DNA of 64,000 bases, taken from IMG/VR virus record IMGVR_UViG_3300050034_000081; one strand, written 5' to 3'. This DNA is from a virus. Each line of letters starts with the position of its first letter. Positions within the stretch are counted from its first letter, which is position 1. Positions 1-7,819 of this stretch are shown here, one piece after another. The translations under genes and the position numbers were made by a program. Under the pieces are notes generated by a model, which was not told where the DNA came from, searched no databases, and was given only the letters and a program-made list of their open reading frames with translations.

Positions 1-342
1 GTTTCCGGCTCCAGAGAATTTACTAGAGAAGATTTACTTTTTGAACATTTAGATAAATTACATAAGCAATATGAATTTATTACTATAGTATCTGGCGGAG
101 CTAAAGGTGCAGATACTATGGCAAAGAATTATGCCAATTTACATAATTTTAATATTATTGAATATCTACCAGATTATTCAAAAGGTAGATATGCTCCATT
201 TTTAAGAAATACTACTATTGCTCAAAAGTGTGACATTTTAGTAGCATGTTTAGTTAACCACTTATCTTGTAATGGAACTAGAGATACTATTAGAAAAACT
301 ATGGATCTCAATAAACAAATTATCTATATCGAGGAAAAATAA
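1..342 (+). CDS. SLOG/YspA-like (DUF2493-type) protein, 5'-truncated by window edge
   Basis: Frame 1 is open from base 1: VSGSREF...IVSGGAKGADTMAKNYA...APFLRNTTIAQKCD...GTRDTI, the SLOG nucleotide-binding motifs (recognised by eye). Confidence 0.8.
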   Translation, partial: VSGSREFTREDLLFEHLDKLHKQYEFITIVSGGAKGADTMAKNYANLHNFNIIEYLPDYSKGRYAPFLRNTTIAQKCDILVACLVNHLSCNGTRDTIRKTMDLNKQIIYIEEK

Positions 343-343
343 A

Positions 344-670
344 ATGAATAAAAATATCAAATCATCAGACATTGAAAAAGTTACAAGTTATCCAGTTGGT
401 GCTAATTCATTGAAAAAAGATACATCTGATCTTGAGGATTTATTTCAAAAATTTGATAAAGAATTTTCTATTAATCAAGAATTAATTACAGATATTTATA
501 AAAAGTTGGCTCCAGTTCTAGACCCAGGATATGCAACTACTGCAGAATGTCAGGATGACAAAAAAGGTTATTCTACAGAACTTAATTGTAAAGTTAGTAC
601 TCTAGTAGATACTTTAGAAATTCAAAATAAACACCTTCAAGAACTCAAAAGTCGCATTAATCTTTATTAA
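344..670 (+). CDS. Hypothetical protein (coiled-coil)
   Basis: ORF track 272..670; more likely start is ATG 344 after GAGGA RBS. Confidence 0.6.
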   Translation: MNKNIKSSDIEKVTSYPVGANSLKKDTSDLEDLFQKFDKEFSINQELITDIYKKLAPVLDPGYATTAECQDDKKGYSTELNCKVSTLVDTLEIQNKHLQELKSRINLY

Positions 671-874
671 ATGATTTATCCTAAACCAAAGTTAACGGAT
701 GAATTTATCAAAGATCTTCATATTAAAGAATGGAATCATGAAAATGATGAACTTTGTAGGGAATTAGAAATTCCAAATGCTCATGGTATTATTGCCCGTA
801 AAGTATCATTAGAAATTATCAATGCGCTTTTACATGATGCTTTAGAATACAGGAAACTAATAGATGATATCTAA
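671..874 (+). CDS. Hypothetical protein
   Basis: ORF abutting both neighbours (translational coupling). Confidence 0.6.
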   Translation: MIYPKPKLTDEFIKDLHIKEWNHENDELCRELEIPNAHGIIARKVSLEIINALLHDALEYRKLIDDI

Positions 875-1598
875 AATTGGACTTGCTGGTTTAAAGTTTA
901 ATGGTAAAGATACTTGTGCTGGTATCTTCCAAAGGATGATGCTGCAAAAATTTGAAATTCTCCATTATGCAGATTATTTAAAAGAATCGGTTAGTAGAAT
1001 TTTCAATATTGATATTGAAGACATTAATGATACCAAAAAGAAAGAAGAACCATTTATTAATGGTCCGGTTTGTATAGATATGTTTGTAATAAAGATGAGT
1101 TTGGAATATAAATTACAATTAGCATATAAAGGTAAGTTTGCTAAAAATATAAGAGAACTTCTCCAATACGTAGGCACAGATTATGTCCGTGCAGTTTGTC
1201 CTAATTATTGGACAGATCATTTAGATTTAACTGGTAAATATTGGGCAGTTTCGGATATCCGTTTTTCCAATGAGATTGAAAAAGTAGAAGCATATAATGG
1301 AATTAATATTTGGATTAATAGATTAGGTTATCCAAATAAAATAGATGGTCACGTTTCTGAAAATTCTATTCATGCAGGTTATTGTAATATTGAAATTGGA
1401 GTAAAAGAGAACGATTTTAGAATCGTAAAGATGTTAGCTAAAACTTTACGATATGGTAACCGAAAAGATATTTATAAATATAATTATAACAATATTATGT
1501 ATTGTTTGAATCATAATTTTAACATTACAGACTCTTGTAAATTCTTAGTATGCCAACCAGAATTTGTAAAATTCATTAGAGAATATTATGCAAAATAG
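864..1598 (+). CDS. Deoxynucleoside monophosphate kinase (T4 gp1-like)
   Basis: N-terminal P-loop IGLAGLKFNGKDT, RELLQYVGTDYVR and SDIRFSNE motifs typical of phage dNMP kinases. Confidence 0.85.
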   Translation: MISKIGLAGLKFNGKDTCAGIFQRMMLQKFEILHYADYLKESVSRIFNIDIEDINDTKKKEEPFINGPVCIDMFVIKMSLEYKLQLAYKGKFAKNIRELLQYVGTDYVRAVCPNYWTDHLDLTGKYWAVSDIRFSNEIEKVEAYNGINIWINRLGYPNKIDGHVSENSIHAGYCNIEIGVKENDFRIVKMLAKTLRYGNRKDIYKYNYNNIMYCLNHNFNITDSCKFLVCQPEFVKFIREYYAK

Positions 1599-1617
1599 TT
1601 AACAATTTTGTTATAAT
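1588..1617 (+). promoter_or_regulatory. Class A phage promoter (YGCAA -35, TGnTATAAT -10)
   Basis: ATGCAA 1588-1593, 18 nt spacer, TATAAT 1612-1617, then ATAAATGGAGG; one of 8 copies with identical spacing. Confidence 0.75.
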
Positions 1618-1635
1618 ATAAATGGAGGTAATGCA

Positions 1636-1947
1636 ATGGAACTTAATACTGAAGTTGTCACACTTAATGGAATCGAATACATCCGAAAGGATTCGATTCA
1701 GAAAGAAGGTGTTCTTGGTGATATTCGTATTATTGTGGCAGATAAAGGTTGGGTTTTTGTTGGATTTTGCAAAGATGAAGGTGATGGTTCTGTAACTATC
1801 ACGAATGCAAAAAATATTCGTCGTTGGGGAACTACGCAAGGTCTTGGTCAGTTAGTTAATGGACCTCTTTCTGAAACGAAATATGATAATTATGGAACGG
1901 TTCGTTGCGTTCCAGTTGTCTCTATTTCTGTAGTTTCAGGATGGTGA
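1636..1947 (+). CDS. DUF6948-like phage protein
   Basis: IIVADKGWVFVG...NIRRWGTTQGLGQL.NGP motif, recalled as a family usually followed by a Gly-Tyr-Asp repeat gene; GGAGG RBS. Confidence 0.7.
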   Translation: MELNTEVVTLNGIEYIRKDSIQKEGVLGDIRIIVADKGWVFVGFCKDEGDGSVTITNAKNIRRWGTTQGLGQLVNGPLSETKYDNYGTVRCVPVVSISVVSGW

Positions 1948-1950
1948 TTT

Positions 1951-2163
1951 ATGAAAGAACTTTTATTAGGAAATAACGGATACGGAGACGGATACGGATA
2001 CGGAGACGGAGACGGAGACGGATACGGATACGGATACGGAGACGGAGACGGAGACGGATACGGATACGGATACGGATACGGAGACGGATACGGATACGGA
2101 TACGGAGACGGAGACGGAGACGGATACGGATACGGATACGGATACGGAGACGGAGACGGATAA
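1951..2163 (+). CDS. Gly-Tyr/Gly-Asp repeat protein
   Basis: MKELLLGNN followed by 30 G[YD] dipeptides and a final G; stop TAA immediately after the repeat. Confidence 0.7.
   Translation: MKELLLGNNGYGDGYGYGDGDGDGYGYGYGDGDGDGYGYGYGYGDGYGYGYGDGDGDGYGYGYGYGDGDG
1978..2160 (+). repeat. Tandem 6-bp repeat, 30 units of GGATAC or GGAGAC
   Basis: Directly visible; the two unit types differ at one base. Confidence 0.97.
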
Positions 2164-2167
2164 AATT

Positions 2168-2199
2168 AAAAAATAAGCCCATAAGGGCTTATTTTTTTT
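2168..2199. terminator. Rho-independent terminator (bidirectional form)
   Basis: AAAAAATAAGCCC-ATAA-GGGCTTATTTTTT. Confidence 0.85.
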
Positions 2200-2204
2200 A
2201 AGTA

Positions 2205-2234
2205 TTGCAAATATTAAGATATTTTTGTTATAAT
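2205..2234 (+). promoter_or_regulatory. Class A phage promoter
   Basis: TTGCAA 2205-2210, 18 nt, TGtTATAAT; followed by 9-bp leader hairpin GAGATTACA-tcg-TGTAATCTC (2244-2264). Confidence 0.75.
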
Positions 2235-2289
2235 ATAAATGAAGAGATTACATCGTGTAATCTCAAAATTTATTTATTAAGGGATGGTT

Positions 2290-2412
2290 ATGAGGAAGCA
2301 ATGGTTACGAGAACAGCCCAAACTTATTCCAACCCTTAGACTTCGTATGGGTTGGATTTTGTTTGGAATGTTTATTGTATCTTGTATTGTAATTAAAATT
2401 TCAAGTCACTAA
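2290..2412 (+). CDS. Small membrane peptide, 40 aa (not in ORF track)
   Basis: MRKQWLREQPKLIPTLRLRMGWILFGMFIVSCIVIKISSH; one hydrophobic segment; sits between a promoter and a terminator. Confidence 0.55.
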   Translation: MRKQWLREQPKLIPTLRLRMGWILFGMFIVSCIVIKISSH

Positions 2413-2415
2413 GAG

Positions 2416-2440
2416 AAAAGACCCTTTCGGGTCTTTTTTT
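2416..2440. terminator. Bidirectional terminator between convergent units
   Basis: AAAAGACCC-TTTC-GGGTCTTTTTTT. Confidence 0.85.
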
Positions 2441-2443
2441 TAG

Positions 2444-2773
2444 CTATTCCTCACCTTTAGGTTTTCTAAATATTCCCCTACCAATAGCAGGTTCTACAGT
2501 CCCCAGAATCGAGCCATAAAGCCCACCCTCCACCAGACCTTTCTTGATGCCGTGACCTAGCTCATTCCTGAGCCCAGGATTACCCTTAATTTGCTTTAAA
2601 CCAGAAATGAGGCTACCACCCGTTCCTTTTAAGGTTTTAAATACATTTAAACCAGCATCAGCAGCAGCAAGTCCACCAGTTAATGCAATTCCTGAAGTCA
2701 AATAAGGATGACGTTGAGTAAAGCCAGCGATACCAGTTTTTTGTTGATCTAATGCTAATTTAATTAAACTCAT
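2444..2773 (-). CDS. MSLIKLA-leader basic Gly-rich protein (putative virion internal protein)
   Basis: Starts MSLIKLAL; Gly/Ala-rich helices (GIALTGGLAAADAG; GLVEGGLYGSILG); basic. Confidence 0.65.
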   Translation of the reverse strand: MSLIKLALDQQKTGIAGFTQRHPYLTSGIALTGGLAAADAGLNVFKTLKGTGGSLISGLKQIKGNPGLRNELGHGIKKGLVEGGLYGSILGTVEPAIGRGIFRKPKGEE

Positions 2774-2919
2774 TTTTTAGCCTTACTATCTTCTTCTTCC
2801 ATTTCTTTTACAGTTTTAAGAATTCCTTTCGAATTCTTTTTCATTTTTTCTAATTCTTCATGATCTTCTTTTAAATGAGAATCAGTAATTATAACTGAAC
2901 ATAATTTAATTAAACTCAT
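2770..2919 (-). CDS. MSLIKL-leader 49-aa protein (not in ORF track)
   Basis: MSLIKLCSVIITDSHLKEDHEELEKMKKNSKGILKTVKEMEEEDSKAKK; start and stop overlap both neighbours (ATGA coupling). Confidence 0.7.
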   Translation of the reverse strand: MSLIKLCSVIITDSHLKEDHEELEKMKKNSKGILKTVKEMEEEDSKAKK

Positions 2920-3635
2920 AATATAGGTTCCTGCGTTTTCTCAATAAGTTTATTATAATTATCTACTAAATATTTCTTATTACCTTTATGTAATTGTTTA
3001 ATAAATTCTTTTAAAAATTTACCATCACGAATAAAAGATAATTTTTCAATACCATCTTTACCATGTGTAAATTTAATTAATTGAGTTCTGTAATTACCTT
3101 TTTCATGAACTTTTGCTTCAATAGGGAATCTATGATAACCTCCAGGTTTAACTGGAATTTTTTCTTGTTTCATTGCTTCTGTAATTTTAGATCTAATCTT
3201 AGAATTAATATCTCTGGGATCTTCTAAATCTTTTTCCATTCTATTTATAATATTTTTTCTCATACCAGAGAGTCTATCTAATCCCCATCCTGAAGCACCG
3301 AAAAGAGCACCTGTTACAATCGCATTTTTAACTCTTTGACCTTTTGTGAATTTTTTATCAGTTATTTGATTTTTACTTTCTAATCCAGCCAGCCCAGCAC
3401 CTAAACCAACAGCACCTAAAGCAAATTTATTAGATTTGACAAAATTTTTGATATTTTCTAAATTAGAGGCTAATTTTATTAACCCTTTACTTCGTTTAAT
3501 TCCAGTTGCAATGGCTGTGCCTTCTGAACCACCATTTTTAAGTATGGCATTTGCAATTGAAATTGCTTTCTTCTGAATAGAAGGTTTAAAATATTTCATT
3601 GAAATTGGTACATTATCGGGATATGACCAGGGCAT
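2916..3635 (-). CDS. YdaT/DUF2188-like N-terminal domain fused to an IKLA-delimited basic domain
   Basis: MPWSYPDNVPISMKYF...KKAISIANAILKNG..EGTAIATGI resembles YdaT-like proteins; followed by GLIKLASN and glycine-zipper segments. Confidence 0.55.
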   Translation of the reverse strand: MPWSYPDNVPISMKYFKPSIQKKAISIANAILKNGGSEGTAIATGIKRSKGLIKLASNLENIKNFVKSNKFALGAVGLGAGLAGLESKNQITDKKFTKGQRVKNAIVTGALFGASGWGLDRLSGMRKNIINRMEKDLEDPRDINSKIRSKITEAMKQEKIPVKPGGYHRFPIEAKVHEKGNYRTQLIKFTHGKDGIEKLSFIRDGKFLKEFIKQLHKGNKKYLVDNYNKLIEKTQEPIL

Positions 3636-3639
3636 ACTA

Positions 3640-4383
3640 TTATCTCTTATGTAGTTTTAAAATATTAGTTCGTAAGAATTTCTCACCTTTAGCACCAACC
3701 ATTCCACCTAATATAGAAGCACCAATTCTCTTTCCTACAGTATTTTGATCATTTTCCCCTTTTATTAAAAATGGAGCAAGTGCCATGCCTGTTACTCTAC
3801 CAATAGCAGATTTTGATTTTGTGTGATATAAAGATTGTTTTAATGATGATTGATGTAATTTATCTATATCAGCAGCAGAAAGTAAATCTTTACCATAAGT
3901 TTTACCAGTTATATTTTTAATAATATCAGATTCACCAGTTAAATATCGCATCTTTTGTATTCTATTAATTGCATTTTTATTTTTTAATTTAGATAAATTA
4001 TTACTTTCTTCACCCAAAACGGCTAAAGTAGTATGTCTACCTCTTGGTACATTAAAAATACCTTGTCTTATATCTGCTTTTACAGGATTAGAAAACATTC
4101 TTTCGAAAGGACCTTTACCTTCATTATATTGATTAAGATATTTTCTTTCAGATAATTCATGCTTAATTCCTATTCTGTGTAAATCTTTTATATTTTGTTT
4201 GCTATCAAAAATTTTATGTAATGGAGAAGTGAATCTAAGCAATGGATTACGCACATCGCTAGCGATTATATTCCCACTATTAGACATAGTGGCATAACCT
4301 CCAACCGGCAATGCTGCAAGGTTATCTTTAAAACTATTAAATTTAGTCTGAGGAACAACTAAAGCTAATTTAATTAGACTCAT
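3640..4383 (-). CDS. MSLIKLA-leader basic protein
   Basis: Starts MSLIKLAL; C-terminal GASILGGMVGAKG glycine zipper. Confidence 0.65.
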   Translation of the reverse strand: MSLIKLALVVPQTKFNSFKDNLAALPVGGYATMSNSGNIIASDVRNPLLRFTSPLHKIFDSKQNIKDLHRIGIKHELSERKYLNQYNEGKGPFERMFSNPVKADIRQGIFNVPRGRHTTLAVLGEESNNLSKLKNKNAINRIQKMRYLTGESDIIKNITGKTYGKDLLSAADIDKLHQSSLKQSLYHTKSKSAIGRVTGMALAPFLIKGENDQNTVGKRIGASILGGMVGAKGEKFLRTNILKLHKR

Positions 4384-4384
4384 A

Positions 4385-4702
4385 TTAACTCACAATCTTA
4401 CTAATGGAAAATAAAACAATATCAGGTTCTTCAGTAGGAGAAATGACAACTTTAAATCCTTGATTTTTATAATACTTTGAAATACTTATTACCAACTTAA
4501 TAAAATTAGGAGAAAATCCATTATCAAAATTTGTATCTTGCATTGCAACTACAGCTTGATTATTTTTAATATGAGAATTAATAAAATCGATTAAAGATTG
4601 AATATCATTAAAATTTTCAACAATAATTTGCTGATCATTATTTATTGGAGATATGAAAGAAAAAGTTAATAATGAAAGAGTTAAAAACACAGGAATAAAC
4701 AT
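4385..4702 (-). CDS. Hypothetical protein with N-terminal hydrophobic or signal segment
   Basis: MFIPVFLTLSLLTFSFISP; GGAGA RBS; no lipobox Cys. Confidence 0.6.
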   Translation of the reverse strand: MFIPVFLTLSLLTFSFISPINNDQQIIVENFNDIQSLIDFINSHIKNNQAVVAMQDTNFDNGFSPNFIKLVISISKYYKNQGFKVVISPTEEPDIVLFSISKIVS

Positions 4703-4729
4703 CCTTATCTCCAGTGAAATTAATATTAG

Positions 4730-4888
4730 TTAAGTGATGGTCTCATTTTTCATACCCCAGTTCATAATAGCTTTATTCGGTTTTATTCTTAATTGAGGTT
4801 TTTGTCTTACCGTATCAGGAAGTAGACGAAGATCTTTATCACTCTCTACTAGTGGAGATGTTTCTAATGCTAGTTTAATTAGACCCAT
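4730..4888 (-). CDS. MGLIKLA-leader 52-aa protein (not in ORF track)
   Basis: MGLIKLALETSPLVESDKDLRLLPDTVRQKPQLRIKPNKAIMNWGMKNETIT. Confidence 0.7.
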   Translation of the reverse strand: MGLIKLALETSPLVESDKDLRLLPDTVRQKPQLRIKPNKAIMNWGMKNETIT

Positions 4889-5024
4889 TATAGTTCTCAA
4901 TAAATTTCTTCATTAACTTATTCATTTTGTCTTGCTCATGTTTTGGCATATTCTTAATTAAATCATTCATAGTTTCACAATATTCAAAGAAATCTTGTTT
5001 CTTTATAATATTTATGAGATTCAT
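4875..5024 (-). CDS. Hypothetical 49-aa protein (not in ORF track)
   Basis: MNLINIIKKQDFFEYCETMNDLIKNMPKHEQDKMNKLMKKFIENYNGSN; fills the gap with ATGA overlap to the upstream gene. Confidence 0.5.
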   Translation of the reverse strand: MNLINIIKKQDFFEYCETMNDLIKNMPKHEQDKMNKLMKKFIENYNGSN

Positions 5025-5710
5025 TTTCCATACCTATTATAAGTAATACCTTTATAAGTAAGTTTACTTAACTCACCATTAAAGTCTAAAAGAACTTTAC
5101 GAATACCTAAAATAGTAAAATTATTAATATGATTCATAAAATCAAATATTACTTTAGTTTTTATATTGTTATTATTATAAATATCTGTATCTTCACATAC
5201 ACTAATTATAAATGCATAAATAGCCTGAACTTTATCATCATACCATTCATTAAATCTATTTATTGCAATATCAGGTATATTATTTTCTTTAGCTCTAATC
5301 TCATACATTCTTACTATATTAGCTATACATTCCTGCATTCTTTTAGAATAGACCTCATTTGACATTAACTCAAGATTGTTATCTTCTATAATCTTTTTAA
5401 ATTCATCTTCTACTATCGTAAATTTAATAAGGAGAAAATCACGAAAAATAGCTTCTCGTAACCTTTCTCCTAATGTAAAATGTTTAATGTCGTAGTTTAT
5501 ATATTTTCTTAAATTAACAAACATTACGTGATTAGATAGATTATATTTTGTTTTAGTTTTATTAAATAATTTATTCCAAAGAGTTTTACCATTAATGGTC
5601 TTATGAATTAATATATATATAATTGTACTAAATAACAAAAAATGAAATCCAGCTACAAGTCCCCATTTTTTTATTATTTCACCTAATATTTGTATAAAAT
5701 CCATCATCAT
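5021..5710 (-). CDS. Membrane-anchored protein, possible lysis-module component
   Basis: N-terminal TM (WGLVAGFHFLLFSTIIYILIH) then a soluble helical domain. Confidence 0.55.
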   Translation of the reverse strand: MMMDFIQILGEIIKKWGLVAGFHFLLFSTIIYILIHKTINGKTLWNKLFNKTKTKYNLSNHVMFVNLRKYINYDIKHFTLGERLREAIFRDFLLIKFTIVEDEFKKIIEDNNLELMSNEVYSKRMQECIANIVRMYEIRAKENNIPDIAINRFNEWYDDKVQAIYAFIISVCEDTDIYNNNNIKTKVIFDFMNHINNFTILGIRKVLLDFNGELSKLTYKGITYNRYGK

Positions 5711-5725
5711 CTCTTTAAAATAACA

Positions 5726-6463
5726 TTATTTTTTAATGTAACGGTCATATAGCCAATACCCGCCACCACCAATACCTACACCAATAACAAATTTTATCTT
5801 ACCATTCATAGACTCAACTTTCAAGTCTTTCTCATATAAATTAATTTGTTTATCTTTATCTTTACCACTTTCTGTAAGTAAATTGTTTGAATTAGTAAGA
5901 CCATTATTTAAATCTTTTTCTGTAGCAACCAAATTCTGGTTAGCAGCATTTTCATTTTGAGTAGCCTTAAGATCTTCTTCGGTAGCGGCTAATTTATTTA
6001 TTAAAATTGGACCATTTACTTTCCACTGAATAGCGTCATTGGTTAAATTAATAGTAGTAGGTTGAATAATATTAAATCTAGTTCCATCAAATCCTACAGT
6101 ATTATCATTATAATTTTTAGCTATTGCATCTTTTACATCTTGAACTTCTTTAACTGGAGTAATTACTACAACTGATTGTGTATTATGAAGATGATTATCT
6201 GCAATAATAGTAACTTGATGAGCATTAGTTACACTAGTAGTTGCTTGATCAACTTTAGCCTGTAGAATCCGGTTCTTAGCAGTTTGATCTTTAATAGAAT
6301 TATTAAGTTCTGTTATTTTAGAATTTAATACTGCAATTTTAGTAGCATCTTTATTGGTAGATTTATTTAATATATAAGTATAAATACCGCTAGTAACTAA
6401 TGCAGTAATTAGAATTGTATATAAATAAGATTTAATGCTAGTTATTTTACTGAGGTCCATCAT
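5726..6463 (-). CDS. Coiled-coil protein with N- and C-terminal hydrophobic anchors (spanin-like candidate)
   Basis: YLYTILITALVTSGIYTYIL, long coiled coil, C-terminal FVIGVGIGGGGYWLY. Confidence 0.5.
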   Translation of the reverse strand: MMDLSKITSIKSYLYTILITALVTSGIYTYILNKSTNKDATKIAVLNSKITELNNSIKDQTAKNRILQAKVDQATTSVTNAHQVTIIADNHLHNTQSVVVITPVKEVQDVKDAIAKNYNDNTVGFDGTRFNIIQPTTINLTNDAIQWKVNGPILINKLAATEEDLKATQNENAANQNLVATEKDLNNGLTNSNNLLTESGKDKDKQINLYEKDLKVESMNGKIKFVIGVGIGGGGYWLYDRYIKK

Positions 6464-6830
6464 TATCTCCCTTTACTTGACTGGCAACAGCTTTAATTTC
6501 TTGCACCTTATTAAACACACCCTTTGCAGCACCAACGCCGATTGCCGTTCCAATTAAATAGAAAACTCCATCAGGTATTTTAAGATTTTTAACAACCGCA
6601 ACGCACACTAAACAAAAACCACCAATACCCCAAAGATAATCTAATAATCTTGTACTAGAATAAAATCCATCATTTCCTATAACAGAGCGATCAAATCTAT
6701 TAACTACACCCTGGAATAAAGAAATCACACAATCTCGTAATTGAGTAAGTGTAACTACTTTACGAATTAACATTTCAATAAATAAACTAGTAGATAAAAC
6801 AATAGTAATATATCCGACCAACTTCCACAT
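6447..6830 (-). CDS. Holin-like small multi-pass membrane protein
   Basis: 127 aa, 2-3 hydrophobic segments, charged C-terminal tail; AAGGAGA RBS. Confidence 0.5.
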   Translation of the reverse strand: MWKLVGYITIVLSTSLFIEMLIRKVVTLTQLRDCVISLFQGVVNRFDRSVIGNDGFYSSTRLLDYLWGIGGFCLVCVAVVKNLKIPDGVFYLIGTAIGVGAAKGVFNKVQEIKAVASQVKGDNDGPQ

Positions 6831-6863
6831 AAGAATCTCCTTCAGTTAATGATAACACAGAAA

Positions 6864-6893
6864 GCGCAAAAAGTCTTCCTTTTTTGTTATAAT
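6864..6893 (+). promoter_or_regulatory. Class A phage promoter
   Basis: GCGCAA 6864-6869, 18 nt, TGtTATAAT. Confidence 0.7.
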
Positions 6894-7046
6894 ATAAATG
6901 GAGATAATATTATATTATTTCTCTTGATAAGTAGTTATTGTTTATCAAAAAATACTTGATAAGCAATAGCAACTTATCGTCCTAATAACTATATAATCCT
7001 TACATATGGGAGGGTGTTTGAAATACAGTACACACAGAGGTAAAAT

Positions 7047-7088
7047 ATGTCTTGGCCATACTATGATGGCGACTCTGACGAGGATTAA
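7047..7088 (+). CDS. Candidate 13-aa micro-peptide MSWPYYDGDSDED
   Basis: GAGGT RBS at normal spacing; stop 2 nt before the next start. Confidence 0.35.
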   Translation: MSWPYYDGDSDED

Positions 7089-7090
7089 GA

Positions 7091-7378
7091 ATGTGTAGAG
7101 ATAAAATTATAAATAAAATAAATGAGTTTGGAGTGGCAAAAAATTGGAAAGTAGTTCTCGATATTGAAGAGGATACTGATAAAGTTAGACTCACTTTTTA
7201 TAAAAAATCTGGACTTGAAATTAAGTTATTCTTTTTGAAACAGCCAATGATTCTTTTTCAGACATGGAGATCCATAAGAAAAATTACAGATCTTTCTTAT
7301 GAAGATTTATTGAATAAATTAGAGAAATATCCTTTCCTATTAGAAACTGAAATGGAAATCATAAATGACCGACAATGA
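7091..7378 (+). CDS. Hypothetical protein
   Basis: ORF in a coupled early-gene run. Confidence 0.55.
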   Translation: MCRDKIINKINEFGVAKNWKVVLDIEEDTDKVRLTFYKKSGLEIKLFFLKQPMILFQTWRSIRKITDLSYEDLLNKLEKYPFLLETEMEIINDRQ

Positions 7379-7625
7379 AGATCGAGTTCAAGAAATTTAT
7401 AGTTTACTGAATCTTACTCCAGAGCAAGTTAACAACAAAGTATTTTCACTACGCGGTATCAGTATTAAGAACAAAATTTCGATTATTGCAAGTTGTTTAA
7501 ACGATAATAAATCTATCTGTCTTAATAATAAAGATCCAAAAGATCGATATCGAACAATTAAGAAAGCTGGACAATCACTTCAGGAATTGGTCGCAAAGAA
7601 TAGGATTGCAGATGGAATTTATTAA
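7365..7625 (+). CDS. Hypothetical protein
   Basis: ORF overlapping its neighbours. Confidence 0.55.
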   Translation: MTDNEDRVQEIYSLLNLTPEQVNNKVFSLRGISIKNKISIIASCLNDNKSICLNNKDPKDRYRTIKKAGQSLQELVAKNRIADGIY

Positions 7626-7788
7626 AATTGTTCAATCTAATGGAGAAGTTTTCGTAAATTTAAAATTAATTGAATCTATTTATGTTTTAGGAGAAAATAT
7701 TACTTTTCAAGGTACTGGAGAAAATTGTTATAAATGCACTACAAAAGAACTTGATGGAGAATCATTAATGAGAGTGTTGTTAAATTAA
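7612..7788 (+). CDS. Hypothetical protein
   Basis: ATG 7612 after AGGA; MEFIKIV..NGEVFVNLKLIESI is a common small phage beta-fold pattern. Confidence 0.55.
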   Translation: MEFIKIVQSNGEVFVNLKLIESIYVLGENITFQGTGENCYKCTTKELDGESLMRVLLN

Positions 7789-7790
7789 AC

Positions 7791-7819
7791 TTGCACCGTC
7801 CTCAGAATCGTGCTACAAT
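7791..7819 (+). promoter_or_regulatory. Class B promoter (TTGCAC-17-TACAAT, AGAATCGTGCTACAAT)
   Basis: Canonical 17-nt spacing with extended -10 TG; the 16-nt core recurs exactly at 50309-50324. Confidence 0.7.

Noticed and set aside
1978-2160. CRISPR-like array
   Set aside because: Units are 6 bp with no unique spacers. No repeat-spacer array or cas operon was seen anywhere; the Cas4-like gene is a stand-alone phage nuclease.
1949-2182. Minus-strand Arg-Ile/Arg-Leu repeat ORF
   Set aside because: It is the antisense image of the GY/GD hexamer array, with no RBS or promoter; the plus frame has an in-context start and stop.
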